This document shows, piece after piece, positions 8,964 through 19,769 of a stretch of DNA of 64,000 nucleotides. Origin of the DNA: Acidobacteriota bacterium (GTDB lineage: Bacteria; Acidobacteriota; UBA890; WLXD01); contig CAXWPL010000001.1 in NCBI GenBank assembly GCA_963666215.2, positions 64,001 to 128,000 of the forward strand, in the 5' to 3' direction. A program made the position numbers and the translations under genes. Numbering within the stretch: the stretch's first letter is position 1; every line of letters begins with the position of its first letter. The notes under the pieces were generated by a model. The model was given only the letters and a program-made list of their open reading frames with translations, ran no database searches and was not told the DNA's origin.

Positions 8964-11642
8964 CTACGCGTGAGCCGGAAGCAAACGGATGCTGGCGCCC
9001 GGCGCATTGCGCTCGAAAGTCGAGATCAGGTGCCGATGGCAGGTGAAGGCCAAGATCTGATGGCCGTCGGCGGCGTAGTCGGCCAGGAGTCGCGTGGTGG
9101 ATCGTGCGCGGTCGTCGTCGAAGTTCACCAGGATGTCGTCGGCGACGAGTGGCAGGGCCACTGCACGTGCGCCGTACACCTTGGCGAGTGCCAGCCGCAG
9201 GGCCAGGTAGAGCTGCTCGCGGGTGCCACGCGAAAGATCGGCCGGACACAGTCTTTCACCGCTCACGGCGCGCTCGATCTCGAGCCGGTCTTCTCCCAAG
9301 GGTGCGATCACGCGCAAGTAGCGGCGGTCGGTCATGGTCTCCAGATAGTCGCTGGCGAACCGCAACACTTCCGGTTGGCGCTCCGATTCGTAGGTGTTCT
9401 TCGCCTGCTCGTACAACGACACGGCGAGGGCCCGCACCGCCCACTCTTCGACCTGGCTGGTTAGCGTCGAACGTCGCGCTTCTCGCCGCTGGAGATGAGT
9501 CGTCAACTCTGCGTCGTTTTCGAGGCCGCGAATTTGCTCGCGCAACGCCCCGAGACTCTCGTTCACCGCGTCGCGGTCGGCTCGAGCCGAATCGAGCTCT
9601 CCCTTGGCGGCACCAACCGCTCGTTCGCGGCTGTCGGGATCGGTAGCCTCGAGGCGCGCACGCAGCGCCTCGGCCCCGTCGTCGCCGGCGAGCGCGCGCA
9701 AGGCCGCGATCGCCTGAGAGTGCTCGTCGAGTCCTTTGCGGATGCGCTCGCGGTAGTCCTCGGCGCTGTCGAACTCCGCATGCAAGGCTTCGATGGTGCT
9801 CAGCAGCGGGTCGACCATCTTGAGGGGGTTGTAGGTGAGCTCCAGGTGCGACCTGCCGAGATCGTTGAGCAGGGTGAGCACGTTCATGCACGATTGCTGC
9901 AGCTCGGCGAGCGCCGCGTTGACCGAGTCTTCCGCGGCGTCGGCTCTGCCATCTTTGGCCTGCAGGGCGCATACGCGCGCCAGCAGATCGAGTGCCCCGC
10001 CGAAGGTCAGGTCGTGGGGCAGCGCCTCGGCCGCGAGCCAGCGCTGCCAGTCGGCCTCGAGGCGCTCCTCGTGGATCTTCGCGTCTTCGTGGCGCTGCCA
10101 GTGCTCGGCCTCGCGCTGCGAAGCGACCTGTCGCTCGGTGCGGCCTCGCACCAGGCCACGGAAGTGCAGCCAGGTGATGACGGCTCCAATCACCAAGCCG
10201 ACGACCGAGACACTCGCGGTGCTCGCGAGACGAGCCTGCTCGGGCACCAGCACCGCGCTCAATACGACCCCGGCGCCGATGAGCATCCAGGAGGCGAGCA
10301 TGCTGCCGCGAGAGATCTGCTCGGCGTTCTGGACCATGGCGGCGTAGATCGAGTGTGACTCCTCGGCACGCTCGCGGCTACCGTCGATCTCGACGGTCGC
10401 GCGGGCCCGAGCATCGGCCTGCGCGCGAATCTCGTCACGAGCCGTGACGTCGGTGCGGATGCGGCGCGCGCGTTCCAGCGACCAGCCCTCGCCGAAGCCC
10501 TCGAGCTCACCGAATAGCCCCTTCCGCAGAGCGCGGGCGTGTTCGCGTCGGGCAACCGCCGTGGCGTGCAGTTCGCCCAGTCGCTCGCCGCTCGCCGCCA
10601 ATCCACGGATGCGGTTCGATTCGGACAGCAGCCGTCGTTGGGCGCTCGACATCAGCTCGCCAGCCAGGGTGCGCCCATCCGGGGCCACCGCCGACCCGTC
10701 GGTTGCGAGGGCTGTCGCCACTGCTGTCGACGAGGCCGTCGGGGCAGGGGCCTGCGCGGTGGCTCTTGCTGGCAACGAAGCCGGTGTGACCGTGGCGGTG
10801 GCGACCGCTGTGCGAGAGCTTCGCCCGGCTTCGGCGAGCGCGGTGGCCGGGATGCCGAGCGTCTCCAGTCCGGTTTCCGCTCGAAGGAGCACGCTGTAGT
10901 GACTCCAGGCGCGTCGGTCGCGACGGGCTTCGTCGTATCGGGCGCGTCTCTGCTCGAGACGCTGGTCGTGCTGTTCGAGCCGACGCTCCAGCGCCAGGCG
11001 GCGACGATGAAGCTCGGCGTGCTCCTCCGGCCGCTGCGAGAGCATCTCGATGCTCTCTCCGTCGGCCTCGATCTCGTTCAATAGGCGGCAGACCGGCTGA
11101 CGCTTGCCCCTGGGGCGATAGATCGCGGCCATCTCGGCGCGCAACTTGGCGTGGAAAGCCACTGGATTGACCGTGCCACCGCTCATGCCGGCGCTGTATA
11201 TATGGCCCGCGACATCTTCGGCCTGCAGCGTGTCGAGCGCCTGCAGCTCGTCGAGGCCGAAGGCGAACACGTGCTCGTACAAGGTCTCTGTTGTGCCGTG
11301 CAGCAGGCTGTCGAGCTTCGTCGCCGGCAGCTCCTTGCCGTCGGCCGCTACTACGCTCACGTCTCCTCGCGAGGTCACGCCCTCTCGGCGCTCGACGCGA
11401 TAATGCGCGCCCTCGTTACTGAGCTCGATGTAGCCGCCGTGAGTACCGCCTCGGAGCGGCTCATAGCGACACGCGTGGCCGCGGCGCTTGAAACCGAACA
11501 GCAGCGCCCTGATGAACGCCATGAGGGTGGACTTGCCGCCCTCGTTCGGGGCCGCCAGGACGTTCAGCCCAGGACTCAGATTGTCGAGCGTCAGGTCGCG
11601 CCAAATGCCGAAGCCGTCGACGTGGATTCGCTTGAAGATCAT
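8964..11642 (-). CDS. YhaN-like SMC/Rad50-type ATPase (AAA_27) with central transmembrane pair
   Basis: IHVDGFG, Walker A APNEGGKST, long coiled coil, signature LSRGTREQ, Walker B LVADDILVNFD, FTCH. ATG at 11642 overlaps the upstream stop. Confidence 0.9.
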   Translation of the reverse strand: MIFKRIHVDGFGIWRDLTLDNLSPGLNVLAAPNEGGKSTLMAFIRALLFGFKRRGHACRYEPLRGGTHGGYIELSNEGAHYRVERREGVTSRGDVSVVAADGKELPATKLDSLLHGTTETLYEHVFAFGLDELQALDTLQAEDVAGHIYSAGMSGGTVNPVAFHAKLRAEMAAIYRPRGKRQPVCRLLNEIEADGESIEMLSQRPEEHAELHRRRLALERRLEQHDQRLEQRRARYDEARRDRRAWSHYSVLLRAETGLETLGIPATALAEAGRSSRTAVATATVTPASLPARATAQAPAPTASSTAVATALATDGSAVAPDGRTLAGELMSSAQRRLLSESNRIRGLAASGERLGELHATAVARREHARALRKGLFGELEGFGEGWSLERARRIRTDVTARDEIRAQADARARATVEIDGSRERAEESHSIYAAMVQNAEQISRGSMLASWMLIGAGVVLSAVLVPEQARLASTASVSVVGLVIGAVITWLHFRGLVRGRTERQVASQREAEHWQRHEDAKIHEERLEADWQRWLAAEALPHDLTFGGALDLLARVCALQAKDGRADAAEDSVNAALAELQQSCMNVLTLLNDLGRSHLELTYNPLKMVDPLLSTIEALHAEFDSAEDYRERIRKGLDEHSQAIAALRALAGDDGAEALRARLEATDPDSRERAVGAAKGELDSARADRDAVNESLGALREQIRGLENDAELTTHLQRREARRSTLTSQVEEWAVRALAVSLYEQAKNTYESERQPEVLRFASDYLETMTDRRYLRVIAPLGEDRLEIERAVSGERLCPADLSRGTREQLYLALRLALAKVYGARAVALPLVADDILVNFDDDRARSTTRLLADYAADGHQILAFTCHRHLISTFERNAPGASIRLLPAHA

Positions 11643-13129
11643 TGCTCGGGCACCTCGGCGAGCGGCGCCCGCTCGTCGTGCGCTGAGTTGCCGGGGCCAG
11701 CTTCGGCGGTCGCCGGTTTCAGATCGAGGGCGTGGTGCGTTGGCTCGGCGGTCGAGTGGAGCTCGTGCGGGGCCAACCGCTCGACCACCAGTGCTTGGGA
11801 GCGGCTGATCAAGTGATCCCAGTCCAGCGAGCTCCAAGGGTCTTCGCCGAGTGCACGATGGAGTCGCGCGTGGTCGAGGAGCTCGCCGAGCTCGGCGCCA
11901 ACCGAACGCACCAGGGAAGCCCGTGGGGGAGTCTCCGGCGATTCAGCCCCGCCGCTGTCCGTGGTTGCCGTTGCCGCGGCCGCCGCGGATCGGGCCGTTC
12001 CCATGCCTCCTGACGGAGCCCGACCGCGCAGTGTCTCGCCCAGCCGCAGCATATCGCCGAGATAATCCTGCTGCTCGAGCATGTGCTTGATGTCGGGCAC
12101 CGGCGATGTCGCCAGCTCGAGGCGCTCGAGCCACACGGGGCTGCCCTCCGACGGTTGCCCTTGCTGAGCCCGCAATGTTTCGCAGAGCTGGTCGATCGCC
12201 CCCGGTCGTGACAGCTCCGCATGCAGTGGGCCGTAGCCTTCGAGACGCCACCGAATGAGGTGGATCCGGTTCGGGTTCAGCCCCCTCAGCGCCCCCGCGA
12301 TCTCGGCGAACGAGCCCTGTAGCTCGTCGATCGATTCGACATCGTCGATTGCCGTCGGTATGCGATGCCAGCGAGCGACGTCGGTCCAGACCGGCGTCAG
12401 TTCAACGGTGCCGGCCTCCGAAACCGAAACCAAGGTGGCGCCACGGGCGCCAGTTTCCTTTGTGTGCAGCGCCTGCGGGTTGCCGGGATAGTGAATCGTG
12501 GGCCTGGCCGCACGGATGGTTTCTCGTGCGTGGACATGCCCCAGCGCCCAATAATCGAACCCGCTTTTCTCGAGCTGTGCGACGGTGCACGGCGAGTACG
12601 GTCCACCCCCGGGCTCGTGGCCGATATTTGCGTGCAACACAGCGATATTGAACGGGCCAACCGGAGCATCGGGGAACTCGGCCGCGAGGTTGCGGTGCAC
12701 TGCCGAGGCCGGGTAAGAAACGCCATAGACGTGCGCTACAACCTTGCCGTCATGGCGCACGATGTGGCGCTCGACGCGCTCGCCGAACAGGTGTGTCGAC
12801 TCGGGCAGGTTGATGCTGGAGCGAAAGCTGCCGAGCGGGTCGTGGTTGCCTCCGGCAATGAACGACGGGATGTCGGCAGTGTGGAGGCGCACGAGCTGGT
12901 CGCGCAGTTGCGACTGGGCGTAGAGATTGCGCTCGGTGCCGTCGAACAGGTCGCCTGCAACGAAAACGGCGGCTACGCAGCGATCGATCGCAACGTCGAT
13001 GATGCGCTCGAACGCCGCTGCGGGGGCGTTGCGAAGGCGCTCGCGGATGGCGTCCGGCACGGGTCCCAGGCCGCGTACAGGCGCACCAAGGTGGACGTCG
13101 GCACAGTGCAGGAAGCTGAAGGCCGGCAT
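11639..13129 (-). CDS. YhaO-like Mre11/SbcD metallophosphoesterase nuclease
   Basis: ADVHLG, AGDLFD, GNHD, VLHAN, YWALGHVH, YPGNPQ. Confidence 0.92.
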   Translation of the reverse strand: MPAFSFLHCADVHLGAPVRGLGPVPDAIRERLRNAPAAAFERIIDVAIDRCVAAVFVAGDLFDGTERNLYAQSQLRDQLVRLHTADIPSFIAGGNHDPLGSFRSSINLPESTHLFGERVERHIVRHDGKVVAHVYGVSYPASAVHRNLAAEFPDAPVGPFNIAVLHANIGHEPGGGPYSPCTVAQLEKSGFDYWALGHVHARETIRAARPTIHYPGNPQALHTKETGARGATLVSVSEAGTVELTPVWTDVARWHRIPTAIDDVESIDELQGSFAEIAGALRGLNPNRIHLIRWRLEGYGPLHAELSRPGAIDQLCETLRAQQGQPSEGSPVWLERLELATSPVPDIKHMLEQQDYLGDMLRLGETLRGRAPSGGMGTARSAAAAATATTDSGGAESPETPPRASLVRSVGAELGELLDHARLHRALGEDPWSSLDWDHLISRSQALVVERLAPHELHSTAEPTHHALDLKPATAEAGPGNSAHDERAPLAEVPEQ

Positions 13130-13365
13130 GATTCCACCCCGTCGTCTCGTAGAAACGGACGCACCCCAAAACCCGGCGTCCGCCCCCAGGCGCCGGTGTC
13201 GTTGCTTTCGATCACTCGACTGAAAGCGGCGAGCGTGCTCTGGGAACTCGCCCGCAACGTCGCCGACATAATAGTCTGAGACGGCCATTCGTACATCTGG
13301 TGCGGGCATCCTTGAACTGGGTGGCCCAGAGATCACGCGGCTCAGCGTCGCCAGTAGGAGCGTCG

Positions 13366-15384
13366 ATGGAACACGCCAGCCACTGTCCGCTCGACTGTCC
13401 CGATGCCTGCAGCCTTCGGGTAGAGGTCGTCGACGACCGCGTCGTTGCTGTCGATGGCACGGAGATCAACCCGCTTACCGAGGGCTACATCTGCGGCAAG
13501 GTGCGACGGCTTCCGGAGCACCTCTACGGCGAGGATCGCCTGCTCTACCCGGCAGTTCGCAGATCGGGTGCTCCCAAAGGCGACGCGAGTCGGGACGCGT
13601 TCGAACGCGTCAGTTGGGACGAGGCTCTGGATCGGATCGCGCGATCGCTGGTTGCCGTCGCCGACGAGCACGGTTCTGAGTCGATCCTGCCCTTCTACTA
13701 TGGCGGTTCCAACGGACTCCTGACGCAAGACACGTCCGATGTGCGCTTCTTCCGTCGGCTGGGCGCATCGAATCTGGCGCGCACGGTCTGCGCCGTGCCC
13801 TCCGGCCTGGCGGCCGGCGGCCTGTACGGCAAAATGCCGGGTGTTGCCTTCGCTGACTACCCGGACGCCGAGCTGATTATCGTGTGGGGCTGCAACCCGG
13901 GCGCCACGGGTATCCATGCTCTGCCCTGGTTGCGTCGCGCGCAGGACGTGGGCGCAAAGGTGGTCGTTGTCGATCCGCGACGGAATCGTTTGGCGCGCAC
14001 CGCCAACATCCACATCGCACCATGGCCGGGAACCGATTTGCCGGTGGCCCTGTCGATGATCGATTGGCTATTCCGCAACGAGCGCGCCGATTTGGAGTTT
14101 CTCGCGGCTCATGCCACGGGTGTAGTCGAGCTCAGGGAACGTGCGGCCCGCTGGCCGACCGAACGTGCCGCCGACGTTGCCGGCCTGCGGCCAGAACAGA
14201 TCGAGAACCTAGCGCGTCTGTACGCCGACGCTCAGCCCGCAATCATCCGCTGCGGCTGGGGGCTCGAACGCAATCGCAACGGCTGCTCGGCAGTGGCCTC
14301 GGTGCTCGCGTTGCCGGCGGTGGCAGGGAAGTTCGGCGTACGCGGCGGCGGCTACACCATGAGCAACTCTCGAGCTTTCGACCTCCGAGCGGAGAAAGCG
14401 GCGGCGGAACCGCCGACCGCGGCGCGCACGATCAACATGAATCGCCTCGGTCAGGTGCTGCTCGAGGAGAGCTCGCCGCGTGTCAACGCGCTGTTCGTCT
14501 ACAACTGCAACCCCGTTGCCACAATGCCCGACCAGCAGCGCGTCATCGCCGGCCTGCAGCGCGAGGATCTGTTCACGGTCGTCTTCGACCAGGTGCACAC
14601 CGACACCGCGCGATACGCCGACATACTGTTGCCCGCAACCTGCTTTGTGGAGCACTCGGAGCTCAGCAGTGGATACGGTGCAATGGTCCTTCAGCACAGC
14701 GGACCCGTTGCTACGGCTGCCGGGGAGGCAAGGTCGAACACCGACGTTTTCCACGAGCTCTGCCAACGAATGGGGCTGGCACGAGAGGGGGACCCGGGGA
14801 CCGCCGCGGAGATGGTTGAGGCCATCCTTTCGAGTAACGGCGGTGCTGCGAGCAACGGGCTCGCGGGCAAGCTCGACCGCGATCTCATCGCCTACCCGAC
14901 GTCGGGCTATGCGCCCATTCAGTTCAAGGACGTCGTGCCGCTCACGGACGACGAGAAGGTGCATCTCGTTCCCGCCGATCTCGACGCCGCGGCGGCCAAC
15001 GGGCTCTACGGGTATCGGGACGATCCGGGTACCGAGGAGTACCCGCTGGCGCTGATCTCTCCAGCTACGCGGCACACGGTCAGCTCAACATTCGGCCAGC
15101 TGCGCAAGCGTCAGGTGCCGCTGCAAATCAATCCGGTCGACGCCCTTGCCCGGTCGCTCGAGGATGGCGACGTGGTGCGCGTCTTCAACGACCTCGGCGA
15201 GATGCGCTGCTATGTCGACGTCACCGAGAACGTGCGGCCGGGCGTTGTGATGCATCCGAAGGGAATGTGGAGTCACAACACGCTCACAGGGACGTCGTCG
15301 AACTCGCTGACGCCGAGCAGCTACACCGACATCGGAGACGGGGCCTGCTTCAACGATGCACGGGTCCAGGTGGAGCGGGGGTAG
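13366..15384 (+). CDS. Molybdopterin (bis-MGD) oxidoreductase with N-terminal 4Fe-4S site, cytoplasmic
   Basis: CPLDCPDAC...ICGK, RVSWDEALD, WGCNP, VVDPR, TDTARYADILLPA, C-terminal molydop-binding domain; AGGAG RBS before ATG 13366; no Tat signal. Confidence 0.9.
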   Translation: MEHASHCPLDCPDACSLRVEVVDDRVVAVDGTEINPLTEGYICGKVRRLPEHLYGEDRLLYPAVRRSGAPKGDASRDAFERVSWDEALDRIARSLVAVADEHGSESILPFYYGGSNGLLTQDTSDVRFFRRLGASNLARTVCAVPSGLAAGGLYGKMPGVAFADYPDAELIIVWGCNPGATGIHALPWLRRAQDVGAKVVVVDPRRNRLARTANIHIAPWPGTDLPVALSMIDWLFRNERADLEFLAAHATGVVELRERAARWPTERAADVAGLRPEQIENLARLYADAQPAIIRCGWGLERNRNGCSAVASVLALPAVAGKFGVRGGGYTMSNSRAFDLRAEKAAAEPPTAARTINMNRLGQVLLEESSPRVNALFVYNCNPVATMPDQQRVIAGLQREDLFTVVFDQVHTDTARYADILLPATCFVEHSELSSGYGAMVLQHSGPVATAAGEARSNTDVFHELCQRMGLAREGDPGTAAEMVEAILSSNGGAASNGLAGKLDRDLIAYPTSGYAPIQFKDVVPLTDDEKVHLVPADLDAAAANGLYGYRDDPGTEEYPLALISPATRHTVSSTFGQLRKRQVPLQINPVDALARSLEDGDVVRVFNDLGEMRCYVDVTENVRPGVVMHPKGMWSHNTLTGTSSNSLTPSSYTDIGDGACFNDARVQVERG

Positions 15385-15546
15385 CAGACCCGGGCGATCT
15401 GAGCGTCCGCACGGGCGATCACGTGGCCGTGCGGGGGCTCCGGCGGAGCGTCTATAGTACGGGGGCACCCGCACGGGTAGCGGCGCGACCGGGAGAGCGC
15501 TGAGAAGCAGCTTCGCTCCGGATGTTCTGCATGGGATCGTTGAACG

Positions 15547-17763
15547 ATGCCCACCCTCGAGAGTCCCGCTATCCGCGCCGTCCTGCTGGTTGCCCTTTTT
15601 GCCGTGGCTTCGGCGCCGATGGTGCGTACCGACGCGGGGCCCGCAATACGAGCGAGCGCTGTTGCCGCAATCGCTGTTTTGCCGCCGATCGCTCTGCGTC
15701 TGACCGAGCCGGCTGGCGTAAAGCGGTCGTCCGATCCGGTCACCATGGGTGTCCCTTTGCCCTTTCTGGACGGCACCAAGCGCGTCGACGACCTGCGGTT
15801 GTTCAACAGCCAGGGTGACCGCGTTGATGCTCAGCTGACGGTGCTGTCGCGCTGGGGAGGCGCTCTGAACAAGAAGGCGCGGGCGATCAAGTGGGTTCAG
15901 GTTGATTTCCAGGCCGACGTCGCTGCACGGAAGACGCTGAATCTCGAGCTCCGGGCGCGGGCAGGCGCTTCCAAGCAGGGCGGACGGGATCTACTGAGAC
16001 GCGCCGGCGCGGCTGTTCTGGCTAACACGGGTGCACTGAGCTTCCGCGTGGGCGCGAGTGGGTTTCGTCTGCTGGAGAATGTTCAGCTCGACGTCGACGG
16101 CAATGGCGAGCCCGAGACCCTGAGGGTGGCCTCGGGACATACGGGTGGCGTGGAGATCGAGCGCCTCGACGGCACGGTTTTCCGTTCGAGTGCCGACGGG
16201 TCTGTGAAGGTGACGATCGAGCAGAACGGGCCGCTGCACGGGGTGATTCGAGTCGACGGTCGGCACACGTCGAATACCGACAATGGTCGGCAGCTATCGA
16301 ACGGGCGGATGCCGCTGCCCTATCTGGAGTTCACGGCACGGATTCACGTCTATCGCGGCAAGTCCTGGGTGCGCGTCTTCTACAGCGTGAGGAACCCCGA
16401 GCGGTTCCTGACCACCGAGCACAACCAGGGTGGCTCGCGCCTCTAGCACGAGTTCGAGCGATTGAGTCTGGTGCTTCCGGTGATGACCGGCGGCGCGACG
16501 ACGAGGTTCACGCTCGGCGGAGAGACTCCCGCCGGAGTCGAGTATCCGAACAAGGGCGGAGCCGCGACGGGCAACAGGCTGTATTCGGGGCCGTTGCCGG
16601 CGGCGGCCAGCGTTGGCGTGTTTCAGGACAGCAGCGGCGGCCCGAAATGGGGCGAGAGCAACGACGGCGACCGCGGCGTGAGCTTCCGCGGCTTTCGCGT
16701 AGACGGTGCGCCGGGTCGCGGGCTGCAAGCGAGTGGCTGGGCGGATCTGAGCACGACTGCCTGGGGCGTAGCGTTCGGGATGCGGCACTTCTGGCAGAAC
16801 TTCCCCAAGGGTCTCCGGGTCGCCGGCGACGGAACGGTGTCGATCGACCTGTGGCCTGCCGGCTCGCGACAACCGCACCGGCTCGAAGGCGGGCGTCAGA
16901 AGACTCACGAGATTCTGTTCGATTTCCATCGCGGAGCGCATCAAGGTCAGTCTCCTTCTTTCGCGGCGTTCGCAGAGCCACTGCACGGAACCGTTGAACC
17001 GGAGTGGGTCGCGGAGACCCTGGCCCTGGGGCCGATCGCGGCGGCGCAATCGGGAGACTCCTCGACGAAGCGGCTCACCGAGATCGGCGATCGCGTGGTC
17101 AACGGACCCCGCGGCAAGGACCTCTGGGGCGAGCGTCTAGCGGACGACATCTATGGCTGGCGCGACTGGGGCGACAGCTATCGCGCCGGCAACAAGGACG
17201 ATCGTCACTTCGGCAACAACGAGTTCGACTTCGGCTGGTCACTACTGGTCCAGTACCTGCGGCAGGCCAAGCCCGACCGTGCCTTCCTCGACGCCGCGGA
17301 GTCGATACTGCGTCATCTCGTCGATATCGACATCTACCACTCCGGCAAGGATGCCGGCGTTTACTCCCACGGCGTCCGCCAGCACGACAACAGCGACACC
17401 GACCACTCGAATGAGCCCCTGCCGAGCCACTATTGGGTGCGCGGGTTGCTCGCCTGGTATGTGCTCACCGGCGACCGCGCGATGCTGGATGCCGCCGAGG
17501 AGACCGCCCTTTGGCTCGACGCGATGATCGCGGGCAATGGCGAGCTCGACTTCAACAGCCAAACGCGGTCGCAGGCCTGGCCAGCGCTGGCTCTCACGGA
17601 ACTCTGGGAGGTCACTGGCAAGGCCAAGTACTTGACGCTGGCCAAGAAGCTCCTCAAAGCCGAGATCATCAGCGAGCAGAACCTGTCTGGGGCGCGCTAC
17701 CCGTGCGCCGCGCTCGACTGGGAAGGGGACCGTGGCGAGCGTGACAAGGGGAACGCCGCGCCA
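15547..17763 (+). pseudogene. Secreted protein resembling the exo-rhamnogalacturonan lyase (PcRGLX/YetA) family; in-frame TAG at 16444-16446 and 3' end cut by IS256
   Basis: Signal peptide; PVTMGVPLP, RW..IKWVQVDF, RHFWQNFPKGL, YGWRDWGD, NNEFD, RHLVDIDIYH. ORFs 15547..16446 and 16462..17796 are in the same frame. Confidence 0.75.
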
Positions 17764-19172
17764 GGGGATGTCACAGGCTCCGTTGAAAAAGGGTGACGGT
17801 GATCCGACCTCGATAGTGTGTCGGGGTCAATCCACTGGCATGGAGGATCACCGTCATGAGCAAGAGTCGCAGAACAGAGACAAGTAGGAAAGCGGAGCGC
17901 CAAGAGAACCCGCTCCTGGAGGCAGTGGTAGCGGCGCGATCGGATCTACGAGCGCTGGTCATGGACGCGGGCTTCGGGGTGTTGGGTTCGCTGCTGGAAG
18001 AAGACCGGGCGGAGCTCTGCGGAGAGCGCTACGCGCGGTCACAGCAGCGGCGGGCGTACCGACACGGCTACGACGAGGGCTCGCTGGTGATGGGCGGCCG
18101 GCGGGTCAAGGTACGCAAGCCGCGGGCTCGGAGCGTCGATGGCCAAGAGCTGCCGCTGCCGCACTGGGAGAGGTTCAAGGCAACAGATCCGCTCGAAGAG
18201 CGCGCCGTAGAGCAGATCCTGTGCGGCGTCACGACGCGCAAGTACGAGCGCTCGTTAGAGCGGCTCGACGACGGGCGAGCTTCGTCGGGAACGAGTCGCT
18301 CGAGTGTGTCGCGGCGGTTCGTAGCGCGTACAGCCAAGCAGGTGCAGCAGTACCTGGCCCAACCGCTCAATGAAGTGGACCTGCCGGTGCTGGTGATCGA
18401 CGGCACGCACATGGGCAAGCACTTGTTGGTGATCGCCATGGGCATCGACGCGGACGGCGTCAAGCATGTGCTGGGTGCCGTAGAGGGCACCACGGAGAGC
18501 TCCCACGTGTGCCGGTCGCTGCTGCGGCAGTTGATCGAGCGCGGCATGCCCGTCGAACGGGCGCGGTTGGTGGTAATCGATGGCTCCAAGGGCCTCCGTA
18601 AAGCAGTGCGCGACACGTTCGGCGAGTGGGCCCTGATCCAGCGCTGCCGTGTCCACAAGATCAAGAATGTATTGGAGCATCTGCCAGGGCATATCCGGCC
18701 CTGGTTCGCAGCCAAGATCCGCAAGGCGTGGAAGGCGGAGACGGCCACGGCAGCGACCAAGCAGCTCGACGCCGTGGCCAAAGAGCTGGAGACCGATCAC
18801 CCCGGTGCAGCGGCCTCGCTCAGAGAAGGAATGCAAGAGACGCTCACCGTCACTCGGCTCCGAGTTCAGGGGCCGCTGCTTCGGACGTTACGTTCAACGA
18901 ATACGATCGAGAACCTGAACGGGACGATCAAACACGTCAGCCGCAACGTAAAGCGGTGGCGCTCCGGGAGCATGATCGTTCGATGGGCGGTTACTGCACT
19001 CATCGAGGCCGAGAGCAAGTTCCGGAGGGTTCGTGGCTACCGCGACATCGCCAAGCTCGATGCCGTACTCAACACCGCCGTCGACGTTCCCCTTGAGCAG
19101 GAGCGCCGTACTGCGTAACAATCCCCAACCACTTCACCGTCGCCTTAGTTCAACGGACGGTGGGACATCCCC
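17764..19172 (+). mobile_element. IS256-family insertion sequence, intact copy (1409 bp), no target-site duplication
   Basis: Imperfect terminal inverted repeats GGGGATGTCACAGGCTCCGTTGAA.. and ..TTCAACGGACGGTGGGACATCCCC; flanks CCGCGCCA and GTTTACCA do not match. Confidence 0.93.
17856..19118 (+). CDS. IS256/Mutator-family DDE transposase
   Basis: 420 aa; LVIDG (D), VIDGSKGL (D), QRCRVHK (CxxH), STNTIENLN (E); GGAGG RBS. Confidence 0.95.
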   Translation: MSKSRRTETSRKAERQENPLLEAVVAARSDLRALVMDAGFGVLGSLLEEDRAELCGERYARSQQRRAYRHGYDEGSLVMGGRRVKVRKPRARSVDGQELPLPHWERFKATDPLEERAVEQILCGVTTRKYERSLERLDDGRASSGTSRSSVSRRFVARTAKQVQQYLAQPLNEVDLPVLVIDGTHMGKHLLVIAMGIDADGVKHVLGAVEGTTESSHVCRSLLRQLIERGMPVERARLVVIDGSKGLRKAVRDTFGEWALIQRCRVHKIKNVLEHLPGHIRPWFAAKIRKAWKAETATAATKQLDAVAKELETDHPGAAASLREGMQETLTVTRLRVQGPLLRTLRSTNTIENLNGTIKHVSRNVKRWRSGSMIVRWAVTALIEAESKFRRVRGYRDIAKLDAVLNTAVDVPLEQERRTA

Positions 19173-19658
19173 GTTTACCAGGCTTTCCCAGCTACTCCAG
19201 CTGCCCGCACCGGCGTTGACCACTCGAACGTTGGGGAAGCCCTCGTCGCGCAGATAGCGCTGCAGCCGATCCGGGTAGGAGTCGCGGAAGTCGGCCACAG
19301 CGAAGGTGTAGGTAGTAGAGCCGCCCAGGCAGACGATCCTGAACTCGCCCTCCGGCTTGGGCATGTCGATCTCGTCGCCTCGATAGCCGAGCGAGTTGTG
19401 CCGGTTCTCACCACTTACGTAGTTTGGAGTTGGATAGTGCCCTAGATACCTGTGAGCGATGAACCGCGAATCAAGACCACGCGCTCGGAGCTGGCGCAAG
19501 GACGCGAATCGTGAGAAGTCCTGCTCGCTGGCGAGGCTCCGCAGCCAAACGCGGGCTGCGATCTCCATTCCCACGCAAATCAGAGCGCACGCCAGCAGCA
19601 CCAGGAACGCGTTTGCCAGGATCGCCTGGACACGGTTCACAGCCGGGTTGTCGCTCAT
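19173..19658 (-). pseudogene. Membrane-anchored SGNH/GDSL hydrolase, 3'-truncated by IS256
   Basis: N-terminal transmembrane helix, HNSLGYRG, RIVCLGGSTT, VVNAG; the frame runs into the IS end before the DxxH block. Confidence 0.85.
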
Positions 19659-19769
19659 CGGTTAGCCCTCGGAGTGGCGGCCACTGACCCGGTGAGTCGC
19701 GCTACCAGCGATGGGCCGCCGGCGCGGCGGTTGCGTGCGCCGCGACCATTCCTCGCAGCAACTTCGACC

